From assembly GCA_963707955.1 (NCBI GenBank), contig OY970176.1, forward strand, positions 1,696,001 through 1,760,000: DNA of 64,000 nt, in the 5' to 3' direction. The notes below the pieces were generated by a model, which was not told the DNA's origin, searched no databases, and saw only the letters and a list, made by a program, of their open reading frames with translations. How positions within the stretch are numbered: position 1 is the first letter of the stretch; every line of letters starts with the position of its first letter. This DNA is from Candidatus Bathyarchaeota archaeon. Lineage in GTDB: Archaea > Thermoproteota > Bathyarchaeia > Bathyarchaeales > Bathycorpusculaceae. Positions 10,464 to 20,146 of this stretch are shown piece after piece. A program made the position numbers and the translations under genes.

Positions 10464-11840
10464 ATGGTGGCAATAAGGAATAAGGAACAGTTGGTCAAAA
10501 ACGGCGAGACCACGCTTGACAGAAGAGCGAGGGAGCTAGCCCTCGGAAGCCTCGAAGCCGCGTTGAACGCCGTCGACCCTAAACAGATAATAGAATCAAA
10601 AGTAGTTCTGAAAGACTGCACTCTGAAAGTTGATGACTATTCCTTTGATGTGAGAGAGTTCAAGAACATCTACGTCATAGGCGGCGGAAAAGCGAGTGGA
10701 TCCATGGCGGAAGCCTTGGAGCAGGTTCTGGACGCGCGCATAACGGACGGGCTTGTGAACGTTCTCCATGAAAGCAGAAACGAGACTAGAATCATAAAGC
10801 TTCACGGGGCAAATCACCCTGTTCCAGACGAGGCCGGAGTCGAAGGAACACGAAGGATGCTTGAGATAGCTGAAGGCGCAACCGCTGATGACCTGATCAT
10901 ATGTTTGATCTCAGGCGGAGGTTCAAGCCTGATGCCTCTGCCAAGGGGAGACGTCACGCTTGCGGACAAGAGACAGGTAACGGATGCACTGCTCAAGAGC
11001 GGCGCCACAATAAACGAGGTCAACACGGTTCGAAAGCACATTTCAGACTTCAAGGGTGGTTGGCTTGCGAAGAAAGCCTACCCAGCTACGATTTTGAATC
11101 TGATCCTTTCTGACGTCATAGGTGATCCGTTGGATTTCATCGCTTCAGGCCCGACTGTTCCGGACTCTACAACGTTCAGCGAGGCCATAGGAGTTCTGAA
11201 GAAGTACGATCTTTGGGCCAAGGCTCCGTCATCTGTAAGGAAGCTCTTGTCGGACGGGGAGAAGGGTCTAGTTCCTGAAACGCCGAAAGCCGGAGATGAG
11301 GCTTTCAAGAAGGTTTACAGTTTTGTTGTTGGGAACAACCGGTTCGCAACTCAAGCGGCCTGCGGAGGTTTGAAGTCTGCCGGTTTGAACACGTTGATGC
11401 TGACTGCTATGATGGAGGGGGAAGCCAGACAAGTAGGAATCGTGCTAGTTTCGATCGCACGTGAAGCTTCGGTTTCTGGAAACCCTGTTCCAAGGCCAGC
11501 GGGCATAGTTGCAGGAGGAGAAACAACGGTGTTCGTGGTTGGGAAGGGCATAGGAGGAAGAAACCAGGAGATTGCCTTAGCAGCAGCAATGAAGCTTGAA
11601 GGTTTGGACGGTGTGGCTGTGGCTTCCTTGAGCACGGACGGCGTTGACGGTCCGACGGATGCTGCTGGAGCAGTCGTCGACGGGCAATCGCTGGCTAAGG
11701 CAAAGGAGATCGGCCTAGCTCCTGAGAAGTTCTTGGCTGATAATGATTCGTACCATTTCTTTTCTAAGCTCGGCGACCTCATCTTCACAGGACCCACGGG
11801 CACAAACGTGAACGATGTTTCGGTAATGGTCATTCTGTAA
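10464..11840 (+). CDS. Glycerate 2-kinase (MOFRL/TtuD family)
   Basis: GGGKAS, ISGGGSSL, VRKHIS.FKGG, GGETT, GGRNQE, TGTNVND. Confidence 0.93.
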   Translation: MVAIRNKEQLVKNGETTLDRRARELALGSLEAALNAVDPKQIIESKVVLKDCTLKVDDYSFDVREFKNIYVIGGGKASGSMAEALEQVLDARITDGLVNVLHESRNETRIIKLHGANHPVPDEAGVEGTRRMLEIAEGATADDLIICLISGGGSSLMPLPRGDVTLADKRQVTDALLKSGATINEVNTVRKHISDFKGGWLAKKAYPATILNLILSDVIGDPLDFIASGPTVPDSTTFSEAIGVLKKYDLWAKAPSSVRKLLSDGEKGLVPETPKAGDEAFKKVYSFVVGNNRFATQAACGGLKSAGLNTLMLTAMMEGEARQVGIVLVSIAREASVSGNPVPRPAGIVAGGETTVFVVGKGIGGRNQEIALAAAMKLEGLDGVAVASLSTDGVDGPTDAAGAVVDGQSLAKAKEIGLAPEKFLADNDSYHFFSKLGDLIFTGPTGTNVNDVSVMVIL

Positions 11841-11857
11841 GAACGGGAAGGAAAGTT

Positions 11858-12145
11858 TTGATGGTTGTAAGTGTGAAGTTCGTCGGGTCTTTTCGAGGTA
11901 TCTCGGGCAAGGACAAGCTGACACTCAAGTTTGGACGGCCTGTTTCGCTTACGGCCTTGGTAAAGAAGACTGTTGAACAGCTGCCTAAACTCAGATCTTC
12001 TCTGATCGACCCTGAGTCTGGAGAGCCTAGAAGGAGCATGTTGGTGCTCGTGAATGGAAGGGAAATCAGTGTTTTGAACGGTTTGGAGACGCGTGTGAAA
12101 GATGAGGATGAAGTGGTTTTTGTTCCCGTCGTGCACGGAGGTTGA
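11858..12145 (+). CDS. MoaD/ThiS-family ubiquitin-like protein (SAMP-like)
   Basis: Beta-grasp pattern, VLVNG, C-terminal VHGG. Confidence 0.88.
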   Translation: MMVVSVKFVGSFRGISGKDKLTLKFGRPVSLTALVKKTVEQLPKLRSSLIDPESGEPRRSMLVLVNGREISVLNGLETRVKDEDEVVFVPVVHGG

Positions 12146-12151
12146 GCATGT

Positions 12152-12940
12152 TTGAGGCTCATTGCCGTTAAGACGCGTGTCGTTAAGACTGGAGATGACT
12201 TGGTCGAGTTGGTTCTTGAGTCTTTGAAGGCTCAAGGCTTGCAGCTGGAAGATAACGATGTGTTGGCGTTGACTTCAAAGGTTGTGTCCTGTTCGGAAGG
12301 ACGCATAGTTGAGTTAAGTGAGGTGAAACCTTCGGAAGAGGCCGAGAGACTGGCAAAGGAATATTCGTTGAAGCCAGAATTTGCCGAGCTGATCCTGCGA
12401 GAAGCAGACAGAGTCTACGGAGGGGTTGAGAGAGCCGTTTTGACGCTCAAGAACGGGGTTATGGCTGCCAACGCAGGCATAGACAACAAGAACGCGCCCT
12501 CTGATTACGCTGTCCTGTGGCCCAAGGACCCTGCGGCTTCTGCAAGAGAGGTCAGAGACCGAATCAAACACAGAACTGGCAGAGATGTCGCCGTTATGAT
12601 AGTTGACAGCGGTTTGGTTCCTCTCAGAATCGGAACAACCGGCTTGGCCTTGGCAGTTGCAGGCTTCAAACCGATAAGGGACAACAGAGGCTGCAAGGAC
12701 CTCTTCGGAAAGTCCATCGTGATCACGCGACAGGCAGTTGCGGATGATCTGGCTTCAGCAGCCCACTTGCTGATGGGCGAGGCAACTGAGAAAACTCCCC
12801 TAGTGCTGATCAAGGGCGCTCCTGTGGATTTTGATGATGGCGTTTACGGCTCCGCTGACATGATGATGCCCTTCAACGAATGCATATTCATGAACACCCT
12901 GGGGACGCAATCAGGCGTAAAGAGAAAGGCCAGAGCATGA
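12152..12940 (+). CDS. cofE: Coenzyme F420-0:L-glutamate ligase family protein
   Basis: TSKVVS, ANAGIDNKN, PLRIGTTG, ADDLASAAHLLMGE. Confidence 0.85.
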   Translation: MRLIAVKTRVVKTGDDLVELVLESLKAQGLQLEDNDVLALTSKVVSCSEGRIVELSEVKPSEEAERLAKEYSLKPEFAELILREADRVYGGVERAVLTLKNGVMAANAGIDNKNAPSDYAVLWPKDPAASAREVRDRIKHRTGRDVAVMIVDSGLVPLRIGTTGLALAVAGFKPIRDNRGCKDLFGKSIVITRQAVADDLASAAHLLMGEATEKTPLVLIKGAPVDFDDGVYGSADMMMPFNECIFMNTLGTQSGVKRKARA

Positions 12941-13770
12941 TCGTTGCCCTTCATGAGGCTCCGAAAGGATTTTTCAAGACAAGCCCGCCGCACGGCAACG
13001 ACGAGCTCTTGAGGCTTGTGCGGAAAACAGCCCTGTTAGGTTTCAGGGCTATCGAAGTCGGCCCGCTTGCCGACTATCCGTCGATTGATAGTGGACTTTT
13101 GAAAGAAGTTCTTGACGAGCTGAACATGAGGAGAAGTGTGCATGTAGGAGGGCTGTTCGACGCTTCGAAGTTCGGTTCGTCCGAAGAAGAGTATGGTAGG
13201 ATGATGCACCAGGTGCGTCGTGGAGTTACGTTGGGCAGTGAGATAGGTGCAACTTTGGTGTCAGTTCACCCGCCGTTTTTTTCGATGGGAGACGAATCGG
13301 CCGAGTTGTGGTTGGAGGCGAGGGCACGTTTCTTGGGACTGCTAAAAGAGCAGGCGGAATTTGCACGTAGCAACAACATCAAGCTGGCTTTGGAATCATT
13401 CTGCTACAGGCCTTTCATCTTTGAAGGCTTGACTGATTTTGTTCGGTCTATTTCGGATTTTCCGTCGGAAGGACTCGGCGTTCTCTTGGACGCTGGGCAC
13501 TTGTACCAAGTTGGAATCAGCCTTTCCGAAGCGGTTCACATGTTTAAGGACAGACTTGTGGACGTTCACGTTCATGATGCTACGTTGGAGAAGGATTACC
13601 GAAAAGCGACTCACCTTCCACTCGGAAAGGGGAACATAGATTTTCGAAGTCTTGTCAAGTGTTTGCGAGAGGTTCATTATGATGGCTGGCTCACGTTGGA
13701 AATTCGGGCAAGTGAAGAGGAGATCGAGGAAAGCAGGAAGTATCTGGAAGGCTTACTCGCCGAGACGTGA
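12937..13770 (+). CDS. Sugar phosphate isomerase/epimerase-family TIM barrel
   Basis: LALE, LDAGH, VHVHD, HLPLGKG.IDF, YDGWLTLE. Confidence 0.85.
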   Translation: MIVALHEAPKGFFKTSPPHGNDELLRLVRKTALLGFRAIEVGPLADYPSIDSGLLKEVLDELNMRRSVHVGGLFDASKFGSSEEEYGRMMHQVRRGVTLGSEIGATLVSVHPPFFSMGDESAELWLEARARFLGLLKEQAEFARSNNIKLALESFCYRPFIFEGLTDFVRSISDFPSEGLGVLLDAGHLYQVGISLSEAVHMFKDRLVDVHVHDATLEKDYRKATHLPLGKGNIDFRSLVKCLREVHYDGWLTLEIRASEEEIEESRKYLEGLLAET

Positions 13771-14046
13771 GCTTGTGGGGCATGGTCTAGTTCTTGTTTC
13801 GCTTTTTGTCAGAGGTTACAACATTTCCTGTTGCGCGTTTTACCTCGTCTAACACACCCTACCCCCCTCCCCTAGGTTTATTCTCCAGACAGTGCTGTTG
13901 ATGCAGCTCTTGGCGGTCACTGGCGGAGTCTTTTCGCTCGTTGGGACACTTTTCTTAGCATAGAGTTCAGAACGCGCTCTCTCTATCGAATAGCTTGGCC
14001 CTGTTGCAAGAGCCACGCGCGAATCATGCGTAAAGGCTTTTAAGAA

Positions 14047-14080
14047 GTATGAATTGTGTGAAATATGCGAAAAGTGGAAT
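14047..14080 (+). promoter_or_regulatory. Putative operator of the AbrB-family gene
   Basis: Imperfect 9-bp tandem repeats GTATGAATT/GTGTGAAAT/ATGCGAAAA/GTGGAAT between the TTTTAA box and ATG 14085. Confidence 0.45.
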
Positions 14081-14084
14081 AGCT

Positions 14085-14315
14085 ATGAGTTCACGTGACG
14101 AAGGTATGTCTATTTATGGAACCGTGAAAGTAGGCGACCAAGGCCAAGTCGTCATTCCGGTTAAGGCTCGAAAAGACTTCAACATAAAGCCAGGAGACCT
14201 GTTGCTCGTGGTGGCGGGCAAGAAGAGGCGCGGAATCACGATGGTCAAGGCAGACGCGATGAGGGAGTTCGCGTCAAGAGTCCTGAAAGGTCTAGAGCAG
14301 ACCGCAGACGAGTAA
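14085..14315 (+). CDS. AbrB/MazE/SpoVT family DNA-binding protein
   Basis: YGTVKVGDQGQVVIPVKARKDFNIKPGD. Confidence 0.9.
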   Translation: MSSRDEGMSIYGTVKVGDQGQVVIPVKARKDFNIKPGDLLLVVAGKKRRGITMVKADAMREFASRVLKGLEQTADE

Positions 14316-14323
14316 CGAGCACC

Positions 14324-14809
14324 GTGTCCACGGGGCTGAATGTCATGTTCGAAAGGCGTGAACGGATGCAGAGATGGTTCAACGATGTCGTAGAGAAGTT
14401 TCGCCAGAAGGGAGCGGTGAGTCCTGACAAGGCGATGACGGCTGAGGAGCTCGGTCTTCCGCCGAGGTTCGAAGAGGCGATGAAGAGGCGTCTGGGTCGC
14501 TTAGGCGTCTTCGTGGAAGTGAACGGCAAGTACTATCTTTCAGAAGAAAGGTTGAAGCAAGTGGAAGAACTGCGATCTGCACGGGGCGGGGCATGGAATC
14601 AAGGAAGCAGAATTATGACGTTGAGACTGTTTCGGTTGGTCACTATTGTTCTCTTCGTCACTCTTTTCCTTGTGAACCTCTTCTTTCCGAGTTGGGAGCT
14701 GAGAGTAATATCCGCTGTTCTTTTGGTTGTTTGGCTAGTGATAACCATGCTGCAGATATACTTTCTCTCAAGGGTCCGAAAGAGGTACACTTCTCAACAG
14801 GTTAGCTAG
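14324..14809 (+). CDS. Hypothetical membrane protein (wHTH-like N-terminus plus 2 TM helices)
   Basis: GAVSPDKAMTAEELGL...GKYYL and two C-terminal hydrophobic helices. Confidence 0.65.
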   Translation: MSTGLNVMFERRERMQRWFNDVVEKFRQKGAVSPDKAMTAEELGLPPRFEEAMKRRLGRLGVFVEVNGKYYLSEERLKQVEELRSARGGAWNQGSRIMTLRLFRLVTIVLFVTLFLVNLFFPSWELRVISAVLLVVWLVITMLQIYFLSRVRKRYTSQQVS

Positions 14810-14999
14810 GCACGGGCGGCTATGCTGTGCTTTGCCCGTCGACGCAAGTCGTGCCATTCAACTGCACTCTGGTCTCTTTATGGAGCATAGAATCCGTCAC
14901 TTGTGACAAAGTATCTGCCAGCTTGAACCTCGCAGAGGGGAGAGAAAGCTCAAGACGACGATTATGCAGCAGTTCTCGAGGTGGGGTTGCAGCAGCTGT

Positions 15000-15717
15000 T
15001 CAACGCTTCCGTGGACTAGGCCATAGATTGGTTGATTTCAGAACTTTTGACAACGGAGCTCCGATGGACATCGCACCTAATGCGATGACAATTCGCTCTA
15101 CAGGATAAAGAACCGTGAGTGTTTGCCAAGTCGGCAACAGATTTGTCGCATTCGGTATCAAGGCTTCAAAGATTAATGACCCGGCAATCTGACCTGCGAG
15201 TGTGGACGTCAGGCATGTGATGAAAAATCCGAGGAGCAGTTTTAGGTTGCTTCCAGATTCTAGAGACCTTGCAGCCGCGGACTGCAGGGGCGAAACCAGA
15301 ACGATGAGGCCTGCTATCTGGAACCACAGTTCTAGGGGGAACAGCCATGCAGGTCCGACAATTGGATAGAACGCAAAAAGCAGTAGCAGAGAAAGGTAGG
15401 CAAGTATGCTGACTATTCTTTTTCCGCTTTTGACCATTCCGGCACAGAATGCTGCAGCAATGCCTGAGGCGAAGTCTCGGGTAGGAGAGGGCGCCAAGAA
15501 AAAACCCGATCGTTCCCCCTAGAAACGCGGATAGAGTTCCTACGTAGGGACCGAGCAGGATTCCGATGATCGGCGCTATGAATGCAGCGGCAGTGATTGC
15601 TTGCCCTGATAGGCCGATTATCGGGGAGATCTTTATGAATCCGAAAACAGCGTACAAAGCCGTGAAAGTCACCGTCAATGCAGTGTCTTTGGTCGTCAGT
15701 TTTCCGTAGTGCGTCAT
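15000..15717 (-). CDS. ECF transporter S-component-like membrane protein, frameshifted at about 15475
   Basis: APIIGILLGPYVG and YPVER motifs. Removing one base joins the two ORFs (SYPSFASGIAAAF). Confidence 0.75.
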
Positions 15718-15783
15718 TCTTGCAGTCCTTCGATGCTATTGCGTGGAAACTTAATTATTGGGTGTTGTTTATAAAAGAATGAC

Positions 15784-16578
15784 ATGGCTCGGCGCATAAT
15801 CACTCTAACGACTGATTTTGGCTTGAAGGACCCATACGTGGCAGAGATGAAAGCTGTCATTCTGAAAATATGCCTCGAGGCCATGATCGTGGACATATCT
15901 CATCAAGTCGAAAAATTCAACGTAAGGATGGGAGCATACGTCTTAGCGTCAGCATCTCCGTATTTTCCAGAAGGCACCATCAACGTTGCGGTTGTCGACC
16001 CTGGAGTCGGAACCAAGAGGCGTCCGCTGTGTATACAAACGGGACGCGGCTATTTCATTGGGCCAGACAACGGAGTACTTGTTCTGGCAGCGAAAGCCAA
16101 GGGGATAGAGCACGTTTACGAGTTAACGAACTCAAGGTTCATGATGCCAAACGTGTCCAACACGTTTCATGGAAGGGACATCTTCTCGCCAGCAGCAGCC
16201 CACCTAGCAAACGGAAAACTCCCGTCAGACCTTGGACGAGAAACAAGAAAGATAACGGTCCCTGAATTTGCGAAAGTCGTCAGGAGGAAGGCAGGGCTTG
16301 TTGGTGAGGTGATTCATGTGGACGACTTTGGAAACGTAATAACAAACATTGGAGAAAAAGAGCTTGCGCCGATGCGAACTATAAAGACTGTGAAGGTTAA
16401 GGTGAAAAACACTTGGTTTACATTGAGGCTCTGCAGGACCTACGGGGAAGTTGAGGCGCAGGAACCGCTAGCCCTGATTGGAAGTCACAATTTCCTCGAA
16501 CTCTCCATAAACCAAGGCAACGCATCAAAAGTGTTCAAGGTAAAGAATGGAGACAAGGTCATTCTTCATCCATCTTAA
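15784..16578 (+). CDS. SAM hydroxide adenosyltransferase (DUF62 family)
   Basis: ITLTTDFG, VVDPGVGTKR, GPDNG, TFHGRDIF, DDFGN. Confidence 0.93.
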   Translation: MARRIITLTTDFGLKDPYVAEMKAVILKICLEAMIVDISHQVEKFNVRMGAYVLASASPYFPEGTINVAVVDPGVGTKRRPLCIQTGRGYFIGPDNGVLVLAAKAKGIEHVYELTNSRFMMPNVSNTFHGRDIFSPAAAHLANGKLPSDLGRETRKITVPEFAKVVRRKAGLVGEVIHVDDFGNVITNIGEKELAPMRTIKTVKVKVKNTWFTLRLCRTYGEVEAQEPLALIGSHNFLELSINQGNASKVFKVKNGDKVILHPS

Positions 16579-17015
16579 CCTCGGCCATCAGTCCCTAGAC
16601 GGTCGTTCGATATGTCGGTTTCTTGAATATGAGTGTCCATCACCTATTTCAACCGTGGAAATCCTGCTTTTAGGCTGAGATGAGAATGTGTTCTTGACCA
16701 GAGATGTTCGAGCAAATATACTTCAACGCTACCCAGACCTTGATACTTCTCTTTCTGTCTCTATTGTCTCTCATCGTAATCGCAGGCACGATCTGGGCGA
16801 GGACAAGGCACTGAGGCTTTTCAGAAATCGAGGAAAGGCTCCAAGAAAATAGCGCATGAGAGCGCTTTTTGTTGATCCTCACAAGACGAGGATAACAATT
16901 TGGAAGCCTCCAAGAAAGCATTTACCTCCTTGGATTTTTAAACGGGCGACACCTTGCGAGAGGATGGGCAATCATTCATAATCCATGAGAGTGCAAGGTC
17001 TCTTTATCGAATACC

Positions 17016-17540
17016 TTAGACTTTGTCGCTTTTGCTCAGGTCTTTGAGCCTGTTGATTCCGTCTATTCCTTTTATGAAAGCTGCCACGCTTTTGGGCACG
17101 AGTTTTTCCCAGTTTTCGTCCTTGATCATTCTCTCTCTGATCTCGGTCGAAGAGTATACCTTTCTGTCAAAGAAACGAATGGGCTTCACCTTATATCCAG
17201 CCTCCGTGAAGAGACGACGTGTCAACGGTTCGTTAGAATAGACAACGTCAAAGTGGGGAGTATAGCCCTCTAGGGAAGAGACCCACATCATGTGCAAGTG
17301 CACGTCCGGAACGGGCACGATCCAAACGCGTATATAATCTACTTCGCATTCTTCCAACGCCTCGCGAACCATAACCAGCCTTTCTCCTGCGGTAAACGGG
17401 TTGCTGAGGTTGTGGCTGTACTGCGCGCTGCCGATGACGATTACCAGTTCGTCAACCTCTTTCAGAACTTCCTTTATCGCGCTGAGGTGCCCCAGGTGAA
17501 AAGGTTGAAACCTTCCTACGTAAAGGCCTCGCTTGTCCAT
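17016..17540 (-). CDS. nadM: Nicotinamide-nucleotide adenylyltransferase
   Basis: GRFQPFHLGH, NPFTAGER, SSTEIR. Confidence 0.95.
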   Translation of the reverse strand: MDKRGLYVGRFQPFHLGHLSAIKEVLKEVDELVIVIGSAQYSHNLSNPFTAGERLVMVREALEECEVDYIRVWIVPVPDVHLHMMWVSSLEGYTPHFDVVYSNEPLTRRLFTEAGYKVKPIRFFDRKVYSSTEIRERMIKDENWEKLVPKSVAAFIKGIDGINRLKDLSKSDKV

Positions 17541-17586
17541 CCGGATCATCTTTTTCAACATGTTATCTGTCGAAGAGAATTAACAT

Positions 17587-18174
17587 TTATCCCTGCTCAG
17601 CTTTCCTGATCACAAGCTCGACTGGAAACACTCGCAATTTCTTGCCGTCCACTGGAATTTCGCGTTCAGCAGGATAGTCACGCCTTTCGCGCTTCAGAAA
17701 AGCAAGCTTGACGTCCAAGCCGCCTCCGTACCCACCCAGTGTGAAATCCGCTCTTACAACTCGATGGCACGGGCAGACCGGTGCAAAAGGGTTTGAAGCC
17801 ATGATCTGCCCGACAGCTCGGGGTCCTCCTCCGACGGCTTTGGCAACTTCACCGTACGTGGTTACGTAACCCGGCGGTACCTTGCAAACGGTTTCGATTA
17901 CTTTCTTAGTGTACTTTGGCAGATGCTCCTCGGCCAGGGAGAAGCCGTGAGAAACGTCTTTTCCTTCGTAAATCTCCTTCAACGCTTCGATCACAGAGTG
18001 GGCAAACTCGGTTTTCTTTGGGTTTTCCGCAGAAACATGAAAGGGGACACTTTCTCTCAATCCTCGTCGAGCATTGTTCTGAGTTGAGGCAAACGTTGTC
18101 GCGTAGACAGATTCTCCTTCAAGAGCGACTCCAAACCAGACATCTCCCACCTTCTCGGTGTAAAGGCTTACCAT
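17587..18174 (-). CDS. ogt: Methylated-DNA-protein-cysteine methyltransferase
   Basis: TTYGEVA, PRAVG, PCHRVV active site. Start moved to ATG 18174 behind GAGG. Confidence 0.9.
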   Translation of the reverse strand: MVSLYTEKVGDVWFGVALEGESVYATTFASTQNNARRGLRESVPFHVSAENPKKTEFAHSVIEALKEIYEGKDVSHGFSLAEEHLPKYTKKVIETVCKVPPGYVTTYGEVAKAVGGGPRAVGQIMASNPFAPVCPCHRVVRADFTLGGYGGGLDVKLAFLKRERRDYPAEREIPVDGKKLRVFPVELVIRKAEQG

Positions 18175-18621
18175 GCTTGCTTCCTCTCGTAGAACTATCG
18201 CCGCATCAAGTTTTATTTCTTGCCCCCTCTTATTCACTCTTGCACACACACGCTCTATTAAGAAAACCTCACACACACTTGCCGAAGCGTCGTCATCCGC
18301 GCGCGGAAGGCAGATCAGGAATAGCATCATTCTCGCGGACAAATTTTTCAGCGGTAAAAAACGACGGGGTAGAGGAACGTTGCGGGCTCGCGTACCTTAC
18401 AATGTTCTGATGCACCGTATTTCTTAGCCCCTAGCGGTAGGCTCGTTTTGGTTGATCACACGAAAAAAGAATTATTTTTTTGTCGTTCAGCGCCGGCTTC
18501 TATGGTCACCGCAAACACGAACCCTACAATGGTCTCAGCAAAAAGGGGCCCCGCAGCTCTCGTGGTAAACGAGAACAGAAAAAACAGGGGATCGTCGGGA
18601 GAAGTCTCCACCTCTTTATCA

Positions 18622-18960
18622 GGTTCTGTTAACTCTTAGGCGCTTTTGAGTTTTACTGAGAGGTTTGTTAACCATCGGCGCTTTTGGCAGAGTACTGTTA
18701 AGTCCTTTGACCTAGTGGGATTTAATCGCTTTACATGACGACTTCTCTAGAAAATATAAACGTAAGTTGGGTGGTCGCCTCCACCAGTTCCGCCCTTCAT
18801 GCCTTTATCAAGAAAATATTTCTCCACGTTTCTCGCCATCGTTTCGCTGTCGGCTTTCCAATCCGCCCAATGCTCGGGATTACCGTGCTGCTCCTTGCGT
18901 TGTTTTGGGTCTTCAGTGATACCAATAGTCCAAAGTCTATAGGTTATAACCTTGTTATCA
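18622..18960. mobile_element. Truncated non-autonomous IS6-type element A1 (left end plus cargo remnant)
   Basis: Left IR GGTTCTGTTAACTCTTAGGCGCTTTT (18622-18647) directly after CTTTATCA (18614-18621). Subterminal copy at 18663-18685. Right end missing. Confidence 0.75.
18747..18959 (-). pseudogene. 5'-truncated small protein, GIY-YIG-like pattern (not in the ORF track)
   Basis: Open frame DNKVITYRLWTIGITEDPKQRKEQHGNPEHWADWKADSETMARNVEKYFLDKGMKGGTGGGDHPTYVYIF*, cut off at the IR at 18961. Confidence 0.6.
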
Positions 18961-19695
18961 GGTTCTGTTAACTCTTAGGCGCTTAAAGAAGTTTGTTAAC
19001 CGTCGGCGCTTTTCAATATTTATGGGCAAGACAGTTTCTGGAACGTACTGTACTAAAGCTTAGACTTATATTTTTCAGTTGTCACTACTAGATTAGGGAG
19101 TTCAATGGGCGAAACAAAGGAAAGAAAAATCGCTCGAAAAAGCGTCCTCATCACACTTGGAATAATCTGCGTCGTTCTTGTGGCTGGTCTCACCGTGTCG
19201 AAGCTTATCTATGGGACAAACTTCAGTTCTTACTATGATGAGTTTGGGAATGTTTCTGTTGTGAGTCGTAGCTACAATTTTTCTCCGCCAGTATCCATGT
19301 ACAATGCTATAAAAATTGCATTGGAAAGTGACCGATGGAACGCGTCCTCGCTGAGTAACATGACAGTGTGTGCTTCCCTAGAATACTGGGAATTCTGGGG
19401 CAACTCTTCAAGCAGCGGTTCCGAATTGCTTCATTACGTGACGCAACCAGCAAACGACTACTCGCCCGTCCAAGTCAACAACACAACTTATCGATACATA
19501 TGGGACATCGTTGTTGAACCCAGTGTAGGCGCACGATCAATACCTCCTCCAGGGCTTTACTGGGTTGATGCGGCAACTGGAGAAATAGTTCCGCACGGTA
19601 TACTCGCCTAAAGAACGAAGTTTCACAATCCAAGATGCCTTTGGTTAACATGGACAAAACTTTATCCATAAAAGCGCCTAAGACTTAACAGAACC
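18961..19695. mobile_element. Non-autonomous IS6-type element A2 carrying one gene
   Basis: Left IR 18961-18984. Right IR 19670-19695 matches the A1 IR at 25/26. Subterminal TGTTAACC repeats at both ends. Followed by CTTTATCA. Confidence 0.85.
19105..19611 (+). CDS. Membrane-anchored hypothetical protein with PepSY-like C-terminus (cargo of A2)
   Basis: N-terminal TM helix, YWVDAATGEIV. TTATAT box and GGAG lie upstream inside the element. Confidence 0.7.
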   Translation: MGETKERKIARKSVLITLGIICVVLVAGLTVSKLIYGTNFSSYYDEFGNVSVVSRSYNFSPPVSMYNAIKIALESDRWNASSLSNMTVCASLEYWEFWGNSSSSGSELLHYVTQPANDYSPVQVNNTTYRYIWDIVVEPSVGARSIPPPGLYWVDAATGEIVPHGILA

Positions 19696-19755
19696 CTTTA
19701 TCAGGTTCTGTAAACTTATCGGTTGGTATTTTTCCGAGAACCCAAGGGTTTTCTG

Positions 19756-20010
19756 TTATTGAAGATTTTTGAAGGCTTTAAGACATTGGTTCAGTTTACT
19801 GAGATAGTAACCAGCGATGCTTAGCAATATGAGAGCTACGATAAAAATTAAGACTTTTAAAGAGGTCTGGTCAGAAGGAAGCAGATAGCCTAGTACGATA
19901 AGAGCTATGGCACCAGCAAATAAACCAAAACATGACGCAAGACAGAATTGAAGATCAGCATTAAGTTGCGCTATCTTTATCTGTAATTTTCTATCCACAT
20001 CATCCGTCAA
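19756..20010 (-). CDS. Small 2-TM hypothetical protein (cargo)
   Basis: Two hydrophobic helices. Confidence 0.55.
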   Translation of the reverse strand: MTDDVDRKLQIKIAQLNADLQFCLASCFGLFAGAIALIVLGYLLPSDQTSLKVLIFIVALILLSIAGYYLSKLNQCLKAFKNLQ

Positions 20011-20146
20011 ATTCTCATGTCCAATGGACGATGTTCGTTTCTGTTTGCTTAAGCATTTCGCTAGGATGAGCCGATAGATGATTTTTCTTCTGTGATTGAC
20101 CTTCTGAGAATAACCTTATATTGCAATAAGCATAAACGGCTTTCTC

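Noticed and set aside
16670-16921. 83-aa ORF with a GGAGG upstream
   Set aside because: No recognisable motif; it may be a decayed gene, but I cannot support a call.
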